Shown here piece after piece: positions 9,199 to 18,675 of a stretch of 64,000 bases of DNA. The number at the start of each line of letters is the position of its first letter. The stretch's first letter is position 1. Source of the stretch: an uncultured bacterium. GTDB lineage: Bacteria; Patescibacteriota; Minisyncoccia; UBA6257; 2-01-FULL-56-20. The DNA is taken from the NCBI GenBank assembly GCA_963696395.1, contig CAVOJZ010000002.1, positions 296,347 to 360,346 on the forward strand, read 5' to 3'. The notes under the pieces are model-generated. The model was not told the origin of the DNA. It saw only the letters and a program-made list of their open reading frames with translations, and made no database searches. A program made the translations under genes and the position numbers.

Positions 9199-10221
9199 AT
9201 GCATGACGAAGCGCTCTATTATAATGCGGTTGCAATCGCATTGCGCGGGAACAGCCGCATATTGCGCAAGTACGCCCTGATGGGTAGCTGGAAGGCAGCT
9301 TACGAAGACCTGCTCATGGGCACAATGCCGGTACCCGAGGCCGAAACCGCGTGGAAACCGCTCGAAAAAGAAGGGATTAAGATCTTATTTAAAGATGGCG
9401 GCTATCCCCCGCTTCTTTCTGAAATCAATCCGGCTCCGGTTGCTCTTTATATTCGCGGGCGGTTGCCGGCCACAACCCGATCCGTTGCGATAGTCGGCAC
9501 GCGCAGGGCAACACCTGAAGGAAAAAATCTTGCGGAGCAATTCGGCCGGGAGCTTGCTTCTGCAGGCCTCACCGTCGTGAGCGGTCTTGCATTGGGCATT
9601 GATGCCATGGCTCACGCCGGAGCGCTCGAAGCGGGCGGCGCCTGCGTCGCCGTCCTCGCACACGGTCTTGACCGGATTTACCCTGAAACCAATCGCCGGC
9701 TGGCGGAAAAAATTATCTCCTCGGGCGGTGCAATTGTTTCCGAATATCCTCCGCATGAACCTCCATTTGCTTATCGGTTCATCGAACGCAACCGCATCAT
9801 AAGCGGCATCTCAAAGGGCACGCTCGTCATCGAAGCACCCGAAGCGTCAGGGTCGCTCGCCACGGCAAATTTTGCCCTGGAGCAGAATCGGGACGTTTTT
9901 GTGGTCCCCGGCCCGATCACCCATCCGAACTTCCGCGGAGCGAATGCTCTTATCCGTCAAGGGGCAGAACTCGTCACGGGCGCAGCTAACATTCTCGCGG
10001 CCTACGGGATCGAAAACGATCGGTTGGCAGCACGCATCCCGCAAACACATTCGCCGGAAGAAAAGCTGATAGTAACTGTCCTCGCAGGCGCTTCCGAGCC
10101 GCTCGATGTTGACAAAATAATCGCAATGACTAAACTTGAACCCCGAATCGTGAACCAGACGCTCACCTTCCTCTTATTAAGGAAAACCGTCAGGGAAATC
10201 CAAGGGCAGTATACAATATAA
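9199..10221 (+). CDS. dprA: DNA processing protein DprA (Smf)
   Basis: The Rossmann-like DprA core is present: VAIVGTRRATPEG..VVSGLALGIDAMAHAGALE..VAVLAHGLD. Confidence 0.85.
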   Translation: MHDEALYYNAVAIALRGNSRILRKYALMGSWKAAYEDLLMGTMPVPEAETAWKPLEKEGIKILFKDGGYPPLLSEINPAPVALYIRGRLPATTRSVAIVGTRRATPEGKNLAEQFGRELASAGLTVVSGLALGIDAMAHAGALEAGGACVAVLAHGLDRIYPETNRRLAEKIISSGGAIVSEYPPHEPPFAYRFIERNRIISGISKGTLVIEAPEASGSLATANFALEQNRDVFVVPGPITHPNFRGANALIRQGAELVTGAANILAAYGIENDRLAARIPQTHSPEEKLIVTVLAGASEPLDVDKIIAMTKLEPRIVNQTLTFLLLRKTVREIQGQYTI

Positions 10222-10224
10222 ACC

Positions 10225-12504
10225 ATGGACCTCATTATTGTTGAATCACCCACGAAAGCGAAAACGATCGGCAAGTTCGTGGGGAAAAATTATGTCGTAG
10301 AATCTTCCTATGGCCACGTTCGCGATCTTCCAAAATCAAAGCTTGGCATCGATACCGAACATGATTTCGTTCCGAGCTATGTGGTCCCGAAGAAAGCCGC
10401 CCCGGTTGTTGCGAATCTGAAAGAACTCGCCGGCAAAGCGGACCGCGTGATCCTCGCGACTGACGAAGACCGCGAAGGTGAAGCGATCGCGTGGCATCTT
10501 ATGTCCGCACTCGACCTGAACGGCACGGCGGCATCTGGCCGCGGGAAAAAGAAAGTTGCCGCAGTCGCGGCAAAGCCGACCGAGCGCATTGTCTTCCACG
10601 AAATTACAAAAGACGCGATCCTGAATGCGCTTGAGCATCCCCGAACCATAGACAATAACCTCGTTGACGCCCAGCAGGCGCGACGAGTCCTCGACCGGCT
10701 TGTAGGCTACGGCCTTTCGCCGTTTTTGTGGAGAAAAATCCGTTACGGATTATCAGCCGGCCGCGTGCAAAGCGTGGCGGTCCGCCTGGTTGTTGAGCGG
10801 GAACGGGAAATCCAGAAATTCGACAAAGAAGAATATTGGTCAATCGAGGCGGACTTTCTGCCGAGCGGCGCGGGAGCCGGAAAAACCGTGTTCCCCGCAT
10901 ATCTTCACTCGATGGACGGCAAAGCCGTCGGCAAAATGGGAATCAAAAACGGGGACAACGCACGGGATATTATAGAGGGCCTCAAGAGCGCGAAATACAG
11001 CATCGCCGATATAACCGTAAAAGAAATTCGCCGGAACCCGTCGCCGCCGTTCACCACATCAACGCTCCAGCAGGAAGCCGCCCGCAAACTCGGCTACTCC
11101 GCGAAACAAACTATGGTTATCGCCCAAAAGCTTTATGAAAACGGGCACATAACCTACATGAGAACCGACAGCGTTAACCTTGCCGAATCCGCCCTTGCCC
11201 AGGCGCATCAGGTGATCGGTACGGAATTCGGAGCCCCGTACCAGCTTGATTCGCCGCGCCGATTTTCCACAAAGAGCAAAGGCGCACAGGAGGCGCACGA
11301 AGCCGTGCGGCCGACAAACCTTGCGGCAACGTCCGGCCACGATCTCGGCATCAAAGAGCGCAATGACCAACGCCTGTATGACCTTATCTGGAAGCGCACG
11401 ATCGCTTCGCAGATGAGGGAAGCACTCCTCGAACAGACCTCGGTTGATATCGTGGCGAGCACTCCGCACGGCGAAATGTTCCGCGCGAACGGCCAGACCG
11501 TTAAGTTCGACGGGTTTATCCGCGCATACACCGAAGGCCGCGACGAAGGCGTTGAAGGCGAAATCGAGGGCCAGCTTCCAAAACTGGAAAAGGATATGGC
11601 GCTCAAGCTTGAAGCATTGAAACCGCTACAACACTTCACCGAACCGCCGCCGCGCTATACCGACGCAACGCTCGTTAAGGCACTCGAAGCGGAAGGCGTC
11701 GGACGTCCGTCAACTTATGCACCAACGCTCTCAACCATTCAGGATCGAGGTTATGTTGAAAAACTCGAGAAGAAATATCATCCGACCGAAATCGGCATCT
11801 TAGTGAACGATCTGCTTGTGGAAAATTTTCCGGAGATTGTTGATTTAAAATTCACTTCGCACATCGAAGAAGAACTTGACGACGTTGCTGAAGGGAAAAT
11901 GCCTTGGGCCGAAGTCTGCAAGGAATTCTACGTCCCGTTCAAAAAGAACCTGGACGAAAAAGAGGCGACCGTTGAAAAGCAAATCGAGATTTCCGATGTC
12001 CCCTGCCCCCACTGCGGAAAACCCATGATTATCAAATTCGGACGCATGGGCAAATTCCTTGCGTGCCCCGAACCGGGCGTGAAGGTGACCTTGCCGATGC
12101 CCGAAGAAGCGGCACAAATCAAAGCGCTCGAAGAAAAGACGAAAGATGAACGCTGTCCGATCTGCGGCAAACCGATGAAAGTGCGCCGCGGCCGTTTCGG
12201 ATTTTTCCTCGGCTGCACCGATTACCCGACCTGCAAAGGCGTCTCCAGGATATGGAACAAAACCGGGTTCAAATGCCCGAACTGTCTTGCAACTCCGGAA
12301 CGCGCCGAAAAACCGGGCGACGTCGTCGAAAAGAAATCGCGCGGACGCGGTAAGCCATTTTATGCCTGTACCCGCTTCCCCGATTGCACCTTTGTGATGA
12401 ATAAACGACCCGAATCACAGGCCGAACTCGATGAAGGATTTAAATACTGGAAAGAAAATCCGCCGAAACCGAAAGTGAAAAAAGAAAAGGCGATCGTGAA
12501 ATAA
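10225..12504 (+). CDS. topA: DNA topoisomerase I
   Basis: It begins with the Toprim N-terminus MDLIIVESPTKAKTIGKFVG and carries the TopA catalytic core. The C-terminus has multiple CxxC zinc ribbons (CPHCGKPM, CPICGKPM, CPNC). Confidence 0.93.
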   Translation: MDLIIVESPTKAKTIGKFVGKNYVVESSYGHVRDLPKSKLGIDTEHDFVPSYVVPKKAAPVVANLKELAGKADRVILATDEDREGEAIAWHLMSALDLNGTAASGRGKKKVAAVAAKPTERIVFHEITKDAILNALEHPRTIDNNLVDAQQARRVLDRLVGYGLSPFLWRKIRYGLSAGRVQSVAVRLVVEREREIQKFDKEEYWSIEADFLPSGAGAGKTVFPAYLHSMDGKAVGKMGIKNGDNARDIIEGLKSAKYSIADITVKEIRRNPSPPFTTSTLQQEAARKLGYSAKQTMVIAQKLYENGHITYMRTDSVNLAESALAQAHQVIGTEFGAPYQLDSPRRFSTKSKGAQEAHEAVRPTNLAATSGHDLGIKERNDQRLYDLIWKRTIASQMREALLEQTSVDIVASTPHGEMFRANGQTVKFDGFIRAYTEGRDEGVEGEIEGQLPKLEKDMALKLEALKPLQHFTEPPPRYTDATLVKALEAEGVGRPSTYAPTLSTIQDRGYVEKLEKKYHPTEIGILVNDLLVENFPEIVDLKFTSHIEEELDDVAEGKMPWAEVCKEFYVPFKKNLDEKEATVEKQIEISDVPCPHCGKPMIIKFGRMGKFLACPEPGVKVTLPMPEEAAQIKALEEKTKDERCPICGKPMKVRRGRFGFFLGCTDYPTCKGVSRIWNKTGFKCPNCLATPERAEKPGDVVEKKSRGRGKPFYACTRFPDCTFVMNKRPESQAELDEGFKYWKENPPKPKVKKEKAIVK

Positions 12505-12555
12505 AAAGGGGGCCACGATCTTGGTAATGTCGGAATTCCGGCGTACTATAAAGCC

Positions 12556-14253
12556 ATGACCGTAAAGGAGCTCTCAAAGAAAGAACCGCAAACCCTTATC
12601 GGCCGCGCGTTCGCGTTTTCGGCCGATGCCCACAAAGAGCAAGAGCGGAAAAGCGGCGAACCGTATTTTAATCACGCGCTTGCGACCGCCGAGATCCTGA
12701 AATCGTGGCACCTCGATGACGACACGATCGCCGCCGGGCTCCTTCATGACACCGTCGAAGATACGGGCGTTCCGCTTGCAACGATCGAAAAACAATTCGG
12801 CAAGGATGTGGCGTTCCTCGTGGACGGCGTGACCAAGCTCGGACATATCAAATATCGCGGCGAAGAGCACAAGGCGGAAAATCTGCGGAAAATGATTCTT
12901 GCGCTCTCCCATGACCTGCGCGTAGTCTTCATTAAACTCGCCGACCGCATGCACAACATGCAGACCCTCGGCCACCTTCCCCCGGCAAAGCAAAAACGCG
13001 TGGCGCTCGAGACCGACGAGATCTATGCTCCGCTCGCCTACCGCCTCGGCATGCATAATGTGAGCGGCGAATTGCAGGATCTCGCATTCCCCTTTCTCCA
13101 CCCACAGGAATATGCGTGGCTCGTGAAAACCGCGAAAGCACAATACGAGGAACGGATGAAATATCTCGAGAAGATAAAACCTGCGGTCAAAAAACTGCTC
13201 GAAGAACACGACATCAAACCGATCGATATCGAAATCCGCGCGAAACGATACGCGAGCTTATATAAAAAATTGCTCCGCCGCGAAATGGACATCGGCCGCG
13301 TATACGACCTCGTCGCCATGCGCGTCGTTGTTGAAACCGTGCCGGAGTGCTATGCCGCGCTCGGTGTAATCCATGAAATGTGGACGCCGGTGCCGCGGCG
13401 CATCAAGGATTATATCGCCATGCAGAAGCCGAACGGCTACCGGAGCCTGCATACGACCGTGATCGGCCCGGACGATAAAACTATCGAATTCCAAATCCGC
13501 ACAAAGGCAATGCACGACGAAAACGAATATGGCATCGCGGCCCATTGGCTTTACGACCAAAAACGCCGGGGCGAGGCGGTTTCCGGAAGAAAGCTTGCAA
13601 AGGAAATCGAGTGGGTGCAACAACTCAAACACTGGCAGGAGCACTTCCTCGGCAAAGAAGAGACGCCGGAGGAATTCTTGGAAGCGGTGAAGGTGAATTT
13701 CTTCACCGACCGGATTTTTGCCGTCACGCCGCACGGAGACGTTATTGACCTCCCGCAGGGCGCGACGCCGATTGATTTCGCCTATCACGTGCATTCTGAA
13801 ATTGGCGACGAGGCGGCGGGGGCGAAAGTGAACGGCGCCATCGTGCCGCTCGACAGAACATTGAAATCTGGCGATGTCGTTGAAATCCTCATTCACAAAG
13901 GGAAAAAACCTTCTTCAGACTGGTTGCGGTTCGTAAAGACCGCCGTTGCGCGCGACCATATCAAGGTTGCGCTCCGCGGCAAAAACCGGTTCGCCCGCGG
14001 ACTCACTTCAACCGTTCACGCAGAACTTAAAATCGCAGTAGAACTTCGCGTTGGACTTATTGAAGATATCTCAGGGATGATCGCCAGGTCGCACATCACG
14101 ATCGCAAATTTTCACACCGAGAATTCGAAGGGCGCACGCTTCGTTTCATATAAAATTGAACTTTCGATCGTGGACGAACGAAAAATTGAAAAGCTTGTTT
14201 TAAAACTCAAAAAAATCAAAGGGGTTCGCGAAATTTCGTATAAGCTCGCTTAA
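12556..14253 (+). CDS. rel: Bifunctional (p)ppGpp synthetase/hydrolase (Rel/SpoT homolog), short form
   Basis: An HD hydrolase domain (LLHDTVEDTG) is followed by a RelA/SpoT synthetase domain (YRSLHTTVIGPDDKTIEFQIRT), a TGS-like domain (GDVIDLPQGATPIDFAYHVHSEIG) and an ACT-like C-terminus. Confidence 0.9.
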   Translation: MTVKELSKKEPQTLIGRAFAFSADAHKEQERKSGEPYFNHALATAEILKSWHLDDDTIAAGLLHDTVEDTGVPLATIEKQFGKDVAFLVDGVTKLGHIKYRGEEHKAENLRKMILALSHDLRVVFIKLADRMHNMQTLGHLPPAKQKRVALETDEIYAPLAYRLGMHNVSGELQDLAFPFLHPQEYAWLVKTAKAQYEERMKYLEKIKPAVKKLLEEHDIKPIDIEIRAKRYASLYKKLLRREMDIGRVYDLVAMRVVVETVPECYAALGVIHEMWTPVPRRIKDYIAMQKPNGYRSLHTTVIGPDDKTIEFQIRTKAMHDENEYGIAAHWLYDQKRRGEAVSGRKLAKEIEWVQQLKHWQEHFLGKEETPEEFLEAVKVNFFTDRIFAVTPHGDVIDLPQGATPIDFAYHVHSEIGDEAAGAKVNGAIVPLDRTLKSGDVVEILIHKGKKPSSDWLRFVKTAVARDHIKVALRGKNRFARGLTSTVHAELKIAVELRVGLIEDISGMIARSHITIANFHTENSKGARFVSYKIELSIVDERKIEKLVLKLKKIKGVREISYKLA

Positions 14254-14256
14254 CGC

Positions 14257-15342
14257 CTACATCCCTCCCCGCTCCTGTTTGAGCCGATGCAATATATTTT
14301 CGAGTTCCTCTTCTGAGTAAAACGTGATCGTGATGCGGCCGGCGTTCATGCCTTTTCGAATCTCAACCGGTGCACCGAGCGATGAACTGAGCTCGTCCTG
14401 CATTGCGCGCACTTCGGGTGCAACGTTCTCCTCGCTCATCGGCGGCCGGCCGCGGCGGGCGCCACTCGACGCCATAACGCGCTCTTTTACGTCGCGGGTG
14501 GTGAGTTTGTTGGTGAGGATATCGTCGAAAAGCCGCTTCTGCGCTCCGGGATCGTCCAAAGTGAGCAGTAAGCGTGCATGGCTTTCCGACATGGTTCCTT
14601 TTTCAACCGCTTCGCGCACGTATTCCGGAAGGTCGAGCAGGCGCATCGTGTTCGCAACCACTTCGCGCGATTTGCCCAGCTTGGCCGCAATCTCTCGTTG
14701 GGTCATCCGAAACTCCTCCTGCAAACGCACGAACGCTCTCGCGGTTTCGATCGGATTTAAATTTTCCCGTTGGATATTTTCGATAACGGCGAGCTCCAGC
14801 TTTTCGCGCTCAAGATGGACGTTGCGGATGATCACCGGAGCCGTACGCAAATTCAACATCTTCGCGGCAAGATATCGCCGCTCACCGGCAATCAATTGAT
14901 ATTCCACGGCAATCCCGGTCGGGCTTTCGCGTTCAACTTTTGTAACAACGAGCGGCTGCAAAAAACCAAACTCGCGGATTGAGTTCGCAAGCTCCTTCAA
15001 TGCAGCTTCGTCAAAATTGCGCCGCGGCTGATCCGGGTTCGGTTTTATCTTTTCAAGCTCAATCTGAAAAACAGACTGCGAAGATTGCGGCTCGGTTGTT
15101 TTTTGCGTTTGTGCGGGAGCTTGCGGTTGGGGCGATTGCACCTGTGGCTTGGGTTGCTGCTGCTCTTGGGGTTTGGGCTGTGCCGGTGTTTGCTGCGGTT
15201 GCTGCGCCGGCCGAATAAACGGCTGAGCCTGAAATTGCGGCTCGTGTGCTTGCGGCTGCTGCGGCTGTGCCGGTTGTTGTGGATTTCCGTCCTGATTCCC
15301 TTTTTGCGGCGGTATTAATGATTCGAGTCCTTTGCCAAGCAT
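14257..15342 (-). CDS. parB: Chromosome partitioning protein ParB/Spo0J with a long Pro/Gln-rich low-complexity insertion
   Basis: It has the N-terminal GKGLESLIP box and a ParB core (LQPLVVTKV..YQLIAGERRYLAAKML) with an HTH. About 90 residues of PQ-rich repeat lie between the N-box and the core. Confidence 0.85.
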   Translation of the reverse strand: MLGKGLESLIPPQKGNQDGNPQQPAQPQQPQAHEPQFQAQPFIRPAQQPQQTPAQPKPQEQQQPKPQVQSPQPQAPAQTQKTTEPQSSQSVFQIELEKIKPNPDQPRRNFDEAALKELANSIREFGFLQPLVVTKVERESPTGIAVEYQLIAGERRYLAAKMLNLRTAPVIIRNVHLEREKLELAVIENIQRENLNPIETARAFVRLQEEFRMTQREIAAKLGKSREVVANTMRLLDLPEYVREAVEKGTMSESHARLLLTLDDPGAQKRLFDDILTNKLTTRDVKERVMASSGARRGRPPMSEENVAPEVRAMQDELSSSLGAPVEIRKGMNAGRITITFYSEEELENILHRLKQERGGM

Positions 15343-15344
15343 GG

Positions 15345-16169
15345 TTATAGATTAAAATTTCCAAATTCACCGGCAACGACAATTGACCGCGGCTCACTCT
15401 CCCACGCCCCTTCCTGTCCGATCACCTCCCGCGCCAATCGTTCGTATGCCGTCGCGCCGGGCGAATCGGGCCGGTACAAAACAATCGGCTTGGAGAAACT
15501 CGGCGCCTCCGCGAGCGCGACTGCGCGCGGGATCTCAACTTCAAAAACCTTGTGCGGAAAATGGTCCCTGATATTTTTCGAAACTTCGCGGCTTAAACGC
15601 TCGCGCTTGTCATACATCGTGATGAGCGCCCCCGAAATCCGCAGGTCGTGCCTTAAGTTTATTTTGATAAGCTCGATGGTTTCGAGCAGCTGCCCGATTC
15701 CCTCCAGGCTGTAATATTCGGTTTGCACCGGAATCAAAACTTCATCCGCGGCAACAAGCCCGTTTACCGTAAGCAAGCTCAAGCTCGGTGGAAGATCTAT
15801 CAAAATATAATCGTACTGATGGCGAAGGCGGTTGATGAATTTTCGCAAAAAATATTCCCGCTCCGGAACGTCCACGAGTTCGATCAGGGCTCCCGCCAGG
15901 TGCGGAGCACCCGGAACATAATGATAATTTGCGAGCGGTGAAGCCCACACGAGCTGCTCGTACGGTGCGGCGTCAATGATGCCGTGATAAATACTCATCG
16001 CATTCACCTTCGGATCGTGCCCAAGTGCGGAACTCGCATTCGCCTGCGGATCAAAGTCAACCAACAAGACGCGTTTGCCGGCGAGCGCAAGATATGCACC
16101 CAAATTTACCGCCGTCGTGGTTTTACCCACGCCGCCTTTCTGGTTGCAGATCGCAATCACACGCGCCAT
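15345..16169 (-). CDS. parA: Chromosome partitioning ATPase ParA/Soj
   Basis: The deviant Walker A motif AICNQKGGVGKTTTAVNLGAYLA is present. It forms an operon with parB. Confidence 0.93.
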   Translation of the reverse strand: MARVIAICNQKGGVGKTTTAVNLGAYLALAGKRVLLVDFDPQANASSALGHDPKVNAMSIYHGIIDAAPYEQLVWASPLANYHYVPGAPHLAGALIELVDVPEREYFLRKFINRLRHQYDYILIDLPPSLSLLTVNGLVAADEVLIPVQTEYYSLEGIGQLLETIELIKINLRHDLRISGALITMYDKRERLSREVSKNIRDHFPHKVFEVEIPRAVALAEAPSFSKPIVLYRPDSPGATAYERLAREVIGQEGAWESEPRSIVVAGEFGNFNL

Positions 16170-16217
16170 ATGCCTTGATTTTACCGCGATAAATCACTAT
16201 TATCAATTGTGCCGAAC

Positions 16218-16300
16218 GCTCAGGTGGCGAAACGGCAACCGCGATGGACTCAAAATCCATTGACCGCAAGGTCTTGAGGGTTCGATTCCCTCCCTGAGCA
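16218..16300 (+). tRNA. tRNA-Leu(CAA), class II. CCA is not encoded.
   Basis: GCTCAGGTGGCGAAACGGCAACCGCGATGGACTCAAAATCCATTGACCGCAAGGTCTTGAGGGTTCGATTCCCTCCCTGAGCA has a perfect 7-bp acceptor, anticodon loop CTCAAAA, and a long variable arm GACC-GCAA-GGTC. Confidence 0.82.
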
Positions 16301-16335
16301 CTAGATCTAGATTTTTAATAAAGTTTTAATGTGGA

Positions 16336-16941
16336 TTGAGTTTAATGGATGTTATGGCTCAATCCGGAATGTTAAATTCTAATAAAATATTGCAAGCCTT
16401 CATCATAGGAGTAGCGCTTGGCGATGGGAATCTATCCAATCCAAACGGTCGAGCAGTTAGATTGCGAATTACTTGTGATAAAGGATATCCCATCCTCATC
16501 GACCACATCGCAACAAAGCTTCGGGAACTATTCCCCGAAAACAAAGTCTCATTTATTGATAGGAATAGAGCCGTGGACATTTGTCTTTACTCAAATCACC
16601 TTGTAGCACTACTAGGCTATTCGTGGAACTTCGGTCCAAAAGATCAACAAAATGTCGGCATCCCCGATTGGGTGAAGGAAGACACCCAATACGCAAAAGA
16701 ATGCCTACGCGGTCTCTTTCAAACCGACGGATCTATCTACCACGATCGTGGATATCTCATGATAAATTTTGTGAATGCTTGTGAGCAATTGGCTGAAGAT
16801 GTCTATCGTATGATCCAGAGCCTTGGCTACACTCCTAATATCCAAAGGCTTTTTCAGTCTAACCAAAAAATCAAGCACACCATTCGCCTATCGCGAGAAA
16901 CAAAACGCTTCATAAACGAGATTCAACTGTGGAAAATGTGA
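16336..16941 (+). CDS. LAGLIDADG homing endonuclease, single-chain with two motifs, free-standing
   Basis: Two LAGLIDADG motifs are present: FIIGVALGDGNL and CLRGLFQTDGSIY. The locus is visibly more AT-rich than its flanks. Confidence 0.75.
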   Translation: MSLMDVMAQSGMLNSNKILQAFIIGVALGDGNLSNPNGRAVRLRITCDKGYPILIDHIATKLRELFPENKVSFIDRNRAVDICLYSNHLVALLGYSWNFGPKDQQNVGIPDWVKEDTQYAKECLRGLFQTDGSIYHDRGYLMINFVNACEQLAEDVYRMIQSLGYTPNIQRLFQSNQKIKHTIRLSRETKRFINEIQLWKM

Positions 16942-17057
16942 AGTGTACTTATCCTCGCAAGTCAAACAAAAACTCCAGCGGGGGTATTGACTGTGCGAAC
17001 GTCAGGAGCGCTCTCTTTTTTCTTGTTGCCAGCGGGGCGCGAAAAGTTTCCGTCTGC

Positions 17058-17615
17058 TCAGCTCAGAGGAAGGTAGTAATGCAGAACATTCCCGGATTTA
17101 AATTCGCGCTTATTGGCAAGTGTGAACTTCACTTTTTTTGATAACCCCGTGAACAATGAACTGCCGCTTCCGAGTGCGACCGGGTTCACCATGATACGAA
17201 ACTCATCCACCAACCCCGCCTCCATGAGGCTGACACATAAATTATTACTGCCGAAAATGGCGATACTTTTGCCGGGTATATTTTTCAACTCCTTAATCTC
17301 ACTCACGACATCGGCACTCACGACCGTCGTGTTGTTCCATTCCGCCGGGAAGGATTCATGAGAGACGACAACTTTCTGCATTTCGTTCATCAGTTTCGCG
17401 GTAGTGGGCTCAGCCGCCGTCCCCTGCGGCGTCGGCCACCAACGTGCCATCATGTCATATGTTCTGCGTCCAAAAAGCAGAGTGTCAATCTCGCCGAGCT
17501 GTTCGTTGGCAAATGAGTGAAACTCGGCATCAACATTATGCCAGGATATGTCATGGTCCTTGCCTTCAAAATAACCGTCCAGGCTGACCATCATGAATAA
17601 GAAAATTTTTCTCAT
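17058..17615 (-). CDS. Dihydrofolate reductase family protein (RibD C-terminal / YwjB-like)
   Basis: MVSLDGYFEG..LLFGRRTYDMM..IAIFGSNNL..VDEFRIMVNPVALGSG matches the RibD_C/DHFR-like pattern. Confidence 0.65.
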   Translation of the reverse strand: MRKIFLFMMVSLDGYFEGKDHDISWHNVDAEFHSFANEQLGEIDTLLFGRRTYDMMARWWPTPQGTAAEPTTAKLMNEMQKVVVSHESFPAEWNNTTVVSADVVSEIKELKNIPGKSIAIFGSNNLCVSLMEAGLVDEFRIMVNPVALGSGSSLFTGLSKKVKFTLANKREFKSGNVLHYYLPLS

Positions 17616-17624
17616 GAGACGATC

Positions 17625-18569
17625 TCACCCTCGCACCCGAGTTTTTGCGTTCGCAGATGTTTTCTTATAAAACCGGAATTGATTTCCCCCGTTCTTTTTG
17701 GCTTCATAGAGAGCCATATCGGAAAAACGGAGAAGGTCTGCGGGCTTCTTCCCGTCAACCGGATAAAGAGCACAGCCAATACTAACCGAGGTTTTGATTA
17801 TTCTTTTCTCAATGATAATCGGGATTTCAAAGGCTCGCACTATTTTTTTTGCGATCCGGGTTGCGTTTGCCACGCTTTTTAATTGTTTTGCCAAAACGAC
17901 GAATTCATCCCCTCCAAAACGCGCCGCCATGTCGGAGGTCCGAACGGCGTGGCTCAGACGATGGGCGATTTCTATGAGCACGAGGTCGCCGAATCGATGG
18001 CCCTCTTCGTCGTTTGTCCGCTTAAAATTATTAAAATCAAGGTAAAGAACGGCAAGCATATTCCCCTTCTTTGTCTTAACGATCGCTTCAAGGAATGTTT
18101 CTTCAAAAAAGTTCCGGTTAGGTAATCCCGTCAAAAAATCATGCGTTGAGTTATGAACGGCAGTTGTATGAAGATCGTTTTGCTGGGTAACGTCCCTCAT
18201 TATCTTTGAAAATCCCTGATGATCACCTTCCCTGTCGCGCGTTGACGTCAGGACTCCGCTACTCCAAAATTTTGTTTTATTCTTACGGATGTATTGCCGT
18301 TCATCCAGATATCTCCCCTCACTCACTGCGTTTTTCATATCGGAATTAGGCGCGCCACGTCTCACGTTCTCTTTCGTGAAGAGGATGGAAAACTTTTTCC
18401 CGACAATTTCGTCTCTCTTATATCCGAATAGTTTGACTCCTCCTTGATCCCAGCTGGTAATCCTTCCTTTCTTATCAATCATAAAAATCGCATAATCGCG
18501 TATGCTTTCAACGAGCGTTTGATAGCTTTGCTCAATATTCGATTTTCCTTTGCGCCGCTCAACTTTCAT
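17625..18569 (-). CDS. PAS domain-containing diguanylate cyclase (GGDEF)
   Basis: An N-terminal PAS fold is followed by a GGDEF domain with the RFGGDEF active site motif. Confidence 0.85.
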   Translation of the reverse strand: MKVERRKGKSNIEQSYQTLVESIRDYAIFMIDKKGRITSWDQGGVKLFGYKRDEIVGKKFSILFTKENVRRGAPNSDMKNAVSEGRYLDERQYIRKNKTKFWSSGVLTSTRDREGDHQGFSKIMRDVTQQNDLHTTAVHNSTHDFLTGLPNRNFFEETFLEAIVKTKKGNMLAVLYLDFNNFKRTNDEEGHRFGDLVLIEIAHRLSHAVRTSDMAARFGGDEFVVLAKQLKSVANATRIAKKIVRAFEIPIIIEKRIIKTSVSIGCALYPVDGKKPADLLRFSDMALYEAKKNGGNQFRFYKKTSANAKTRVRG

Positions 18570-18593
18570 ACCCTTCAGTATAGACTCTTATTA

Positions 18594-18604
18594 GGGGGGG
18601 GGGG
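18594..18604. repeat. Homopolymeric G11 (C11) tract in the divergent promoter region between the GGDEF gene and the ECF sigma gene
   Basis: The sequence ttagggggggggggcaaatg lies 25 nt upstream of the GGDEF start codon on the minus strand. Confidence 0.9.
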
Positions 18605-18675
18605 CAAATGATGGTTAAAGTCGCCTGTAATGGATCTCAATTTCACACGGCTTCAACAACATAACAAATCCAAGC

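Noticed and set aside
12574-13896. Minus-strand ORFs of 211 and 212 aa
   Set aside because: They lie entirely antisense within the well-supported rel (Rel/SpoT) gene. They are a high-GC antisense ORF artefact.
16218-16300. Whether tRNA-Leu(CAA) contains an intron hosting the LAGLIDADG gene
   Set aside because: The tRNA is contiguous and folds canonically. The endonuclease ORF starts 36 nt after the tRNA 3' end, so it is outside the tRNA.
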